A DNA stretch of 63,761 nt, filler included, from Squatina squatina (Eukaryota): the NCBI GenBank assembly GCA_031763465.1. It is 4 parts of 4 records of this genome, joined end to end, with 100 filler letters (N's around TTAATTAATTAA, not from the genome) between each part and the next. Parts side by side here need not be neighbours in the genome. Positions count along the whole stretch, not along the records: positions 14,552 to 31,460 come from JARFOE010000046.1; positions 31,561 to 50,696 come from JARFOE010000080.1; 2 more parts are not named here. The stretch is one strand, 5' to 3'. The stretch's first letter is position 1, and each line of letters starts with the position of its first letter. Below the pieces are notes generated by a model. It had not been told where the DNA came from. It searched no databases and was given only the letters and a program-made list of their open reading frames with translations. Below are positions 24,020 to 33,856 of the stretch, one piece after another. Made by a program: the position numbers and the translations under genes.

Positions 24020-25074
24020 TTTTAAAACTTACAGCATGTTTAAAGTTATTAGTTTCACTACAAATGTTGCTTTGCTACCAATTAATTATTAATAAAGAAT
24101 GTCATCTTAACCTAAATGATAAACTAGTGACAAAAAGAACAAAAGATTAAAAGAACAAATTAAAGAACAAAAATCAGTTTCTGAAAGGTATATTACAATA
24201 GTTTATACTTCTATGTTGCATTAGCATTGTTTCCAATTAACAAGTAAACTATTTTTTATTAAGAATTTATAAGAAACACTGATAAGTAATCTGCAACATG
24301 GTGCTGACAAGTTATAAAGCAAAGGTTGCAACATAGCCGGTGAGTACTGCGTCAGTGAATCTACCTCTGGCACCTGTCGAACGACATCAAGCTCATGTTT
24401 TCTGTGGTGCTAGCTCTGGTTCATTTCCTACAGTTTCCAAATATGAATCACAGGTCGTTGTGAGGGATGCCAATTAAATCTATCATTTTAAACATATATA
24501 TGTTATATACTTCATTATGACATTACAGTAGATTAAGAAATGCTCATGAAACACTCTTTGATTATACTTTAAAATGCAAAATTATGGAGAGTCTTGCCCT
24601 TGATATGTTTATCTTAGTTCATTCTACTTTGAAGAAGTTTTATCTTAATTAGATTCTGTACCAGTTAATTCTGTTTTGCATTTTTTCCCTTAATTAAACT
24701 TATCAAATGTATAAAAACAGTAATATTTTGCAAAATGATAAATAGATAAGCCACAATGCAATTTCTGGACTCACCAGTAATAATACAACAGAGAACTAAT
24801 ATTAACACTGGCTCTCAACAGAAAACTGAGGAAAAGGAAATTGTATNNNNNNNNNNNNNNNNNNNNNNNNNNNNNNNNNNNNNNNNNNNNNNNNNNNNNN
24901 NNNNNNNNNNNNNNNNNNNNNNNNNNNNNNNNNNNNNNNNNNNNNNAAAACATAACCGAACTTTGCAACCCTATGATGCGATTGTCGCTGGGTGCTGTTT
25001 CAGCGCTAAACAATGGTGCACCATTTCTAACGTGGCGACACCCAATATCGGCCCCCAAGGGTCTAGCGAGAATG

Positions 25075-25995
25075 AGGAACTGAAAGAAATTAGTATTTGT
25101 AAAAAAAATAGCGCTGGAGAAATTACTGGGACTGAAAATCGCTAAATCCCCAGGACCTGATGATATACATCAGAAGTTTTTGTAAGAGATGGCTATAGAG
25201 ATAGTGGATGCATTGGTTGTCATCTTCCAAATCTCTATGGATTCTGGACCGGTCCGTCATATTGGACGATAGCAAATGTAACCACACTTTTCTAGAAAGG
25301 AGAGAGAGAGAAATCGGGGAACTGCAGACCTGTTCGCCTGAGATCAATAGTCGGGAAAATGCTAGAATCTATTATAAAGTATGTGATAACAGGACACTTA
25401 GAAAATGATAATAGGATTGGGCGGATTCAACATGGATTTAAGAAAGGGAAATCATGTTTGACAAAATCTGCTAGAGATTTTTGAGGACGTAACTGGCAGA
25501 ATAGATAACGGGGAACCAGTGGACATGGTGTATTTGGATTTTCAGAAGGCTTTTGATAAAGTCCCACCTAAAAGGTTCATGAACAAAATTAGAGCACATG
25601 AGTTTGGGGGTAATATACTGGCATGGATTGAGAATTGGTTAACCGACAGAAAACAGAGAGTAGGAATAAACGGGTCATTTTCAGGTTGGCAAGCTGTGAC
25701 TAGTGGGGTATCGCAGGGATCGGTACTTGGGCCCCAGCTATTCACAATCTATATCAATGATTTGGATGAGGGGACCAAGTGTAATATTTCCAAGTTTGCT
25801 GATGATACAAAGCTAGGTGGGAATGTAAGTAATGAGGAGGATGCAAAGAGACTTCAAGGGAATATAGACAGGCTAAGTGAGTGGGCAAGAACATGGCAGA
25901 TGTAATATAATGTGGAAAAATGTGAAGTTATCCACTTTGGTAGGAAAAGCAGAAATACAGAGTAGTTTTTAAACTGTGAGAGATTGGGAAATGTT
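25075..25995 (+). mobile_element. CR1-type LINE reverse transcriptase fragment (frameshifted, with stops)
   Basis: YLDFQKAFDKVP, WIENWLTDRKQRV, GVSQGSVLGPQLFTIYINDLD and FADDTKL motifs. Confidence 0.92.
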
Positions 25996-26815
25996 TTTTT
26001 TACTCTTCTTGCTAAATTTTGATGTTCAAATGTGAAAGATACAAAGACTTATCTTTCAGTAACCACTCTTATAATCTGGATAGTATTTTGCCACCATGAA
26101 GAACATATCAAAACTTCAAGGATGTTCACATTTTTATGTTTTCTGTTCCAACACATAAAGCCAATAATTAAATGAAAAGTAGAACAGAATTGTGCAGACT
26201 TTCTGATATATCCAGTAAAATGATATCCTAATAAATTATATTTTCCTACTTCAAATCTCACAGCATCTAAGCATAACTAAACAAATATATAAAGGAGGTT
26301 CAGTATATAATTTTATAATTGTAATTAATAATGAGTTATGAAATATAGAATTTCCTATCATTTCAGTGATTCTTAGTGAAGCCCTAATTTTATCCCTGTC
26401 CAGCGGGGAATTGGGTGGGCAGGGGGTTAAAATGGCAGCTAGGCAGAACCTGCTATGTTCCCGCCCACCACAATTTCATTTCCTGGGTTTTCGGGATATG
26501 GAGGCCATCAGTCACATAAACAATGATACGTTTGGATCCAATGACATAATTTGGATCCCAAAGTAAAGTTAAGTCTGAAATCGGCAAACTGCACACAGTC
26601 TCTGAGCAATTTGATATCCCTTGCAAGTTAATTTTTTGTTCAAAATCCCTTTTTTGCATCTCGTTAGTCTCTTTGTATAATCTTGTTGCTTTTTATAACT
26701 CTCTCAATCGCTGGATTTCTGATTTTCCTGTATTTGCATAATTTTTTTTTAGCTTGACACTGTCTCTTACTTCATTTGTTGACCATGGTTAATTAACAAC
26801 ACAAGTGGAGCTTTG

Positions 26816-27576
26816 TGGCAGCCAATTCGGGTTTTTAAAGTTTGTAGCGCCAAGCGCCGAATTTAGTGCTGGAAATGAGACTTTTTGAAAATTTTAAGTC
26901 AAGCCCCCTATTAGCCATTTTACAATTTGAGCTTTCAAACACGTGCAAACTTTAATGTTAAGGGGCCCATAGTGAACTGACCTCTTCGTGGTGTGGATGC
27001 AAATTCCACAGCTTGCTTCCAACCTGAATTCCAGAGGTTGCTTGCAACCTGACAGGCCACTTAATAGTTCATTGACTTAAGCGCTTCCAACTTCTTTATA
27101 GGCCACTTAATAGTTTCCAGCTGCATGTGCCCCACATATAGTCCTGCTCACTGCTCACTTCACTCAGTTGAAATAGAAGAGCTGACTGCTCACTTCACTC
27201 AGTTGAAACAGAAGAGCTCTCGCACAGTCCCTGTTCACTGCCCGGGCCCTCAGCTCACACAGTCTCAGTCCTCAGCTCCCACAGGCCCTGCTCAGCCTCT
27301 GTTTACTGCCCGTGCTCGGCTCTCACAGCTCCTGCTCCGGCGGGGTCCTTCCTTCCTTCCTTCCTTCCCTCCCTCTCACTTGCGCTAGATTATCTGAGGT
27401 GAGGACCGTGTCCCCGCTGAAAAAAGCAGGTGTTGTCACCGCTGGATTTAGTGCACACTGACACTGTGCAATTCTGGATGGGCGGACATTTGTACCCACG
27501 TTTTCGTGCCTAAAGTGCCTTTATGCCAGTTTTGCACCAATTTCGCGCTAGAAGTTTTACCTCGAATTGGCTGCCC
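26816..27576. mobile_element. Non-autonomous TIR element (Harbinger-like MITE), ~760 bp
   Basis: Inverted termini GGCAGCCAATTCG and CGAATTGGCTGCCC. The left part is homologous to 62640-62830. Contains a 35-bp tandem duplication and a (CCTT)n tract. Confidence 0.6.
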
Positions 27577-28000
27577 TAAATGTTTCCTCATAATTAGATA
27601 TAATCCCCAATTGTATACCGGACAAAGATTAATTAAAAAAAAACAAATGATTTTGATTGTATAACATCTGAGATGTTTTAGTTAAACCATGTTAAAGGCA
27701 CAATTAATTTTAAAGCTATTTCAAATCTGCTTATTATTCACTAGTCAATATCATGGAAATATCAAAAACACATTGGCGAGCGTGGACATAAATAATGTCA
27801 CTTTGATGCCAATCGTATGTACAAAGGAGACTCTGTTCTCATACAAAATGACACTAAAGAGAATACAAGCTTAGCTGATTGGTTTAAAGCAAGAAAAAAA
27901 AAAGTGGCTGAGGTCCCAGCACCTTACTGCGGTCAAAGCGAGGAGCTTCAGAGGCTCCTCCTTCGTATCCAGGGCTCACCGTGGCACATAGTGACTACTC

Positions 28001-28124
28001 TCCCATTGGTTGCACACTGTATCAATTCTGGCCCGACAGCCAATGAGTGCGAGGGATCGGTCCTCTTCTCTTTTGACATCAGATCATGTGCCTCCCAACA
28101 GCTGATGCAATGTTCGAGTACAAA
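28001..28124 (+). promoter_or_regulatory. DDIT4L: Putative DDIT4L proximal promoter
   Basis: CCAAT boxes at 28005-28009 (reverse) and 28040-28044, TGATGCAAT at 28103-28111 and TATA-like TACAAA at 28119-28124. CpG density rises ahead of the ATG at 28249. Confidence 0.5.
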
Positions 28125-28248
28125 GCGGTGGCTGTAGCTGGCTCGGCTTCGCAGTCGGTACTGTCAGCGAGCTGGAGGGGAGGAGGCACCGGTCTTGGGA
28201 TCCTGGTCGGGGTACACACACACTGGGGGCACTTACTCCTGAGCAGTG

Positions 28249-28471
28249 ATGGTGATTATGTACGTTCAGACTTTCGGGGGCACGAGTCCTTACAGCACAA
28301 GGACGAGTCCTCCCGGCGATGAGGGGGATAGTGTGGTCCAGTTGATGAAGACACTCCTTCACCATAGCTTCGCTGGCGAAGCGGTAACAGATTCAAAAAA
28401 GATAAAACGTGGTGAAAGCCCCTTTGAGAGACATTATAGCATAGAAGATGAAAACCTTATTCCCGGATCAG
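28249..28471 (+). CDS. DDIT4L: DDIT4L (REDD2) probable first coding exon
   Basis: ATG at 28249 (alternative 28258) opens MVIMYVQTFGG...EGDSVVQLMKTLLHH...ENLIPGS and ends at a strong phase-1 donor TCAG|GTGAGC. It lies just upstream of the RTP801_C exon. The N-terminus is poorly conserved, so the assignment is partly positional. Confidence 0.6.
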
Positions 28472-29725
28472 GTGAGCTGATGGGGTCGCTGTGCCGTTTT
28501 GTTCTTGATGGGACTTATTGCAACAAGTCGATACTCAGTGATTAAAGCCTTTGGCATCTTCGGTAGAATTCACAAAGAACCCCTGAAACTGTCAGTTATT
28601 AGATATGCTTTTTCTAAATCATGCCAGGTTAGCAATTGGCCTATACTGATGGATGAACAGTTTTAGTCACTTTCTACAATTCTGAAAACAGAATTATGGG
28701 ACCCTTGCGTGTTTCGTTTCGAGAAGCTTTTTTTTTTCTTTTTGGAGAAACTTACTGTGAAGAAACGTGCTTTTTTTTGTATAAACCATCTTCAATCTGA
28801 ATTCCGTTTCAAACTAATCAGTTACATCACCGCTATTCTAGAATCGAGAATTTAGAATAAAGGTTGTACAGCAATTGCACAATAATAAACGTCAACCGCT
28901 TCACACAGGGAAGCAATGAAATATGCCATTCTAAATGTTGTAAAAATGAATTGCAAGATTAATGTCAACAGTTTAAGTATTTTGGAGATGGTNNNNNNNN
29001 NNNNNNNNNNNNNNNNNNNNNNNNNNNNNNNNNNNNNNNNNNNNNNNNNNNNNNNNNNNNNNNNNNNNNNNNNNNNNNNNNNNNNNNNNNNNNNNNNNNN
29101 NNNNNNNNNNNNNNNNNNNNNNNNNNNNNNNNNNNNNNNNNNNNNNNNNNNNNNNNNNNNNNNNNNNNNNNNNNNNNNNNNNNNNNNNNNNNNNNNNNNN
29201 NNNNNNNNNNNNNNNNNNNNNNNNNNNNNNNNNNNNNNNNNNNNNNNNNNNNNNNNNNNNNNNNNNNNNNNNNNNNNNNNNNNNNNNNNNNNNNNNNNNN
29301 NNNNNNNNNNNNNNNNNNNNNNNNNNNNNNNNNNNNNNNNNNNNNNNNNNNNNNNNNNNNNNNNNNNNNNNNNNNNNNNNNNNNNNNNNNNNNNNNNNNN
29401 NNNNNNNNNNNNNNNNNNNNNNNNNNNNNNNNNNNNNNNNNNNNNNNNNNNNNNNNNNNNNNNNNNNNNNNNNNNNNNNNNNNNNNNNNNNNNNNNNNNN
29501 NNNNNNNNNNNNNNNNNNNNNNNNNNNNNNNNNNNNNNNNNNNNNNNNNNNNNNNNNNNNNNNNNNNNNNNNNNNNNNNNNNNNNNNNNNNNNNNNNNNN
29601 NNNNNNNNNNNNNNNNNNNNNNNNNNNNNNNNNNNNNNNNNNNNNNNNNNNNNNNNNNNNNNNNNNNNNNNNNNNNNNNNNNNNNNNNNNNNNNNNNNNN
29701 NNNNNNNNNNNNNNNNNNNNNNNNN

Positions 29726-30075
29726 AGCTCTTGATCCCTCAGTACATGAGCAGGAGAATAGCCCAAGATGTACTTCGAATGGCTGCCAGTGAGCCCTGTG
29801 GGCTGCGTGGTGCAGTGATCTATGTTAATCTGGAGCATGAGAACACCAGTAAGAAGCTGGGCAGAATTGTGTATGACAGCAGTGTCATTCCTACCTTTGA
29901 ACTGACTCTAGTCTTTAAACAGGATAATAACACCTGGCCCAGTCTGAGGGATTTCTTCTCCATAGGGGCCTGCTTCACACATGCAGCAAGAAGGGTACTG
30001 AAACTTAGTCCAGGCTTTAGATTGGTCAAAAGAAAATTGTATTCTTCTGTAGGACCAATTGTTGAAGAATGCTGA
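29726..30075 (+). CDS. DDIT4L: DDIT4L (REDD2/RTP801L) last coding exon, visible 3' part (RTP801_C domain)
   Basis: LLIPQYMSRRIAQDVLRMAASEPCGLRGAVIYVNLE...VIPTFELTLVFKQD...LSPGFRLVKRKLYS...EEC*. Contains the EPCGLRG and KxKLY motifs. Synteny with PPP3CA favours DDIT4L over DDIT4. Confidence 0.92.
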
Positions 30076-30911
30076 TCGAATGCCAAACTAGATCTTTGAG
30101 GGCAGTTTCTGTGATGACGATTCTCTGACTGGTGGTCTATTAAGACTTAATGGGTGCTAATAAGCCTGCAACGGAAGTACTTCTCTAAATATTCTCATGC
30201 ACAAGTTGCTACAGTTTCTTAGTGAATGTTAATAACTTGAATTTCACTAATTTTTTTGAAGGATTCAATATTGTATATACAANNNNNNNNNNNNNNNNNN
30301 NNNNNNNNNNAAAGTGAGCAGTGCAGTAAGCAGAGGGTACACATTGGAATTTCACACTTGTATTTTTCACATTGTGTTCTTTACTGATACTACTGCTAGA
30401 AGTAGATATTTTTGGTTATAGATGAAAGCATGTGATGGTACAGAGAGCGCAAAGTGCATGGGGGGGGAGAAACCCAGGGAAAGGAAATGAAGGGCACGAA
30501 ATGTGTGTAAACTTTTCATCGGGATGAGGTGATGCAAGTAATAAGTTGAGTCATCAGATACACTACATTTACTAAGATGTTTAGCTGCAAGTGGTTACTA
30601 GGTTAATATGGAGTTTAAAAGTTCTGTGATTTTTATTTTACTGATGTTCAGTATAGTTACATGTTTGCACATTTTTGCACTGTATTTGATTGCACTGTTC
30701 AATTGAACTATTTTGTATGGGCATGCTGGACTTGCTCTAACGCAGTATCTTGCATTTATATGAACAGTGCAAGCTTCCTGTAGTGGATGTAAAGTACTGG
30801 CAACTGCTATCTTCTACTGCAGTACTGCAATTGAGTTTTTGTTAAACTGTAAGAGATTGTCCTGTTGTAAACATATTGGCAATGTTGCAAATAAACTTTT
30901 TATAAAATAAA
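30076..30911 (+). other. DDIT4L: DDIT4L 3'UTR with tandem poly(A) signals
   Basis: AATAAA at 30890-30895 and 30906-30911, followed by GT/T-rich sequence. Confidence 0.6.
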
Positions 30912-31460
30912 TGTTGTCTCAATGGCTCTAGTTTCACATTATTCTGAGGAAAAACTAGTAATTTTATCATAGGTTAACCCATTTCAAGTAAGAGCCTTAA
31001 AATGGAATATAAAATCCCCTACCAATTTTATACATTACTACAATATATTTGGAAATTGCAACACTCTGATCTATGACCAACTCTTTCCAACCATCCAGAC
31101 TATACAGGTCTATATATAATGAGGACTGATATCCAACGTAGGAGCATTGTAAAATGAATAGAGCAGGTGGTGATTGTGCGGATGTATGCCCAAACACTGT
31201 GTTGAAGTGTGCTTCTGACCACTTATTTTGTAATCTGCAGAGCAGACATAAATTACTTAAGATATTTGAATGAGAAATAAGTACTGTAAGTGGTGAAATA
31301 CTCTGAGATTTGTCCAGATTTTTAAGATATGTTTTCCTCTGGAAAAGTTTAAGACTAAATGAAACCAGAAAGGGGACTGTAGTCCATCTGAGAGCACACG
31401 TGGAAGTTACGAAACTGAATCGGGCTATTCAACCCAGCCAGTCCCTGCTAGCATTTACCC

Positions 31461-31560
31461 NNNNNNNNNNNNNNNNNNNNNNNNNNNNNNNNNNNNNNNN
31501 NNNNTTAATTAATTAANNNNNNNNNNNNNNNNNNNNNNNNNNNNNNNNNNNNNNNNNNNN
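31461..31560. other. Synthetic scaffold linker N44-TTAATTAATTAA-N44
   Basis: Same structure as 14452-14551. Confidence 0.95.
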
Positions 31561-31599
31561 TTATCTGAATGTAATTTTTTACACAATTTTCAAATTATC

Positions 31600-32100
31600 T
31601 TCTTTAGCATACAAGCGCCATTTTCTCTGAGCATCTCTTGTGAGGGTCTTATCAAGTACCTTTTGAGAATCCAGATATGTCTTGTCAACTGCACCTGCAT
31701 GTCTGCTGTTGCTGTGACATTTGAGAAAAATACCAATGAGTTTGTGAACCATGAGTCATATTGCCTCCACGCTGCCTGTCATTGATCATGTTCAATTTAG
31801 ATAAATGACCCTGAATTATTTCCCTTATAATAGCCTATAATACTTTGCATAGAATCGAAGTCAAGCTAACTGGCCTGCAGTTCATAAAGCACATGCTTCT
31901 AGCCTTTCTTGAATAGTGATGTTACATTAACTATCTTGCAGTCTGCTGGTACTGCCCCTACTTTTAATGAACTACAGAAGGTCTGTACCAAAGTTCCCCA
32001 CTACATCGTCCTTCAGTTGCTTTAATATTTTCAGATTCATGCTTCTTTGGCATAATGGCATACCTACTTTTAGCTTTTCCTAATTACATTTCCTTGCATA
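31600..32100 (-). mobile_element. Old degenerate CR1-like LINE RT fragment
   Basis: Minus strand retains RPVSLT (GTCAAGCTAACTGGCCTG on plus) and a decayed DFxKAFD region near 31650-31680. Confidence 0.5.
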
Positions 32101-32383
32101 CTTGAACTGAATACTCTACTGGGTTTGGAGAAAAATGCGGCTTCAGGTCCCTGAATATTTTTACAATTATCTACATACAAATACTCATGGGAAAACATTC
32201 TGAAAATCTCAGCTATGTGCTTGTCATTTAACTCTGGACTACCTTTTACATATTTGTTTATAACTGTTTGCTATAAATGTAGCNNNNNNNNNNNNNNNNN
32301 NNNNNNNNNNNNNNNNNNNNNNNNNNNNNNNNNNNNNNNNNNNNNNNNNNNNNNNNNNNNNNNNNNNNNNNNNNNNNNNNNNN

Positions 32384-32712
32384 ATTCAAGCTGACATTGA
32401 CCCTCCTGTTCCATGAGCCTCAATTCTGGTATCAAGCCTTTTATGCCATACTTTTCAAACGCTTTCTTAAAATCCATATAGACAACATTCACTGCATCCC
32501 TTTCATCAATCTTCCCTGTTACTTCATCAAAAAATTCAATCAGATTAATCAAACATGATCTGCCTTTTACAAATCCGTGCTGGCTCTCCTTAATTAACTC
32601 AAACCTCTGCAAGTACCTGTTAATTTTTTCCCTGATTATTGTTTCTAAAACCTTACCCACCACTGATGTTAAACTGACCGGCCTGCAATTACTAGGAATG
32701 TCCTTACACCCA
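32384..32712 (-). mobile_element. CR1-type LINE RT fragment
   Basis: SQHGFVKGRSCLINLIEFFDEVT...VYMDFKKAF. Confidence 0.9.
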
Positions 32713-32734
32713 TTGTTATGTTCTTATGTTCTTG

Positions 32735-33012
32735 ACCTCAGGACATCCCAAATGCTTCACAGTCAATGAAGTACTTTTAAAGTGCAGCCACTGTTGTAAT
32801 GTAGGAAACACAGCACCAATTGGCACAGCAAAGTCCCAAGTGAGATAAATGACCAGCTAATCTATTTTAATGATGTTGGTTGAGGAATTAATATTGTCCA
32901 GAACTCAGGGAGAACTCCTGAATTTTCTTCGAATAGGGCTAAGCGATGTTTTGGGTCTACCTGAGAGGGCAGGTTAACCATCTTGGCTGAATGGCGGCTT
33001 CTTCGAAAGTGC
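32735..33012 (-). mobile_element. Deu-domain SINE fragment
   Basis: Reverse-complement similarity to the tail and core of 513-960. Confidence 0.65.
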
Positions 33013-33525
33013 GGCCAATTTAACTTGCAAATGTTTTTTCAGGAATGTGGAGGCCATAACATAGAGAGTTCATTTGAGGAAAAAACTGGTGCGGACTCGA
33101 TGGGCCGAACAGCCTGTTTCTGTGCTGTAGAATTCGATGATGACAATCTCAGAAATTAAGCTCATGCAGATTATGGAGACCAACTACAATTGTTCTGTCA
33201 CGGATTTGTGCTAGAATCACTTTGGCCCTCTCTTAACTGTTGAGGTTAAGAGCACAGTCGGAATCCATTTGTCTGTGCTGGCTCTTTGCTTGAGCAGTCC
33301 AAAACTAATTCCATGCAACCTTCTGCAAAGCATTATTATTCTTTTGAAAGTAGAATATCCAAAGTTGCACACAACCTTCTAACGGTTGCCAATTAGTCAG
33401 ACAAGGTAACCTAATTTGTATAAAANNNNNNNNNNNNNNNNNNNNNNNNNNNNNNNNNNNNNNNNNNNNNNNNNNNNNNNNNNNNNNNNNNNNNNNNNNN
33501 NNNNNNNNNNNNNNNNNNNNNNNNN

Positions 33526-33856
33526 AGACTTAAGCACAAAGCCTAGGCTGATCCAGTGTAGCACTGAGGGAGCACTGCACTGAAGGACATGCCATCTTTT
33601 GAATGAGACATTAAAATAAGGCCCTGTCTGCCTGCTCAAGTGGATGTAAAAGATCCTATGACACTATTTCGAAGATGAGTAAAGGAGTTCTCTCTGGTGT
33701 CCTGGCTAATATTTATCCCTCAACAAACATCATTAAAACAGATTATCTGATCTTTATCATATTGCTGTTTGTGGGGCCTTGCTGTGTGCAAATTGGCTGC
33801 TACATTTCTTATATTACAACAGTGGTTACACTTCAAAAGTACTTCATTGGCTGTAG
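33526..33856 (+). mobile_element. Deu-domain SINE copy
   Basis: GCACTGAGGGAGCACTGCACTG...ATGAGACATTAAA...GGATGTAAAAGATCC...CAAATTGGCTGC. Confidence 0.8.
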
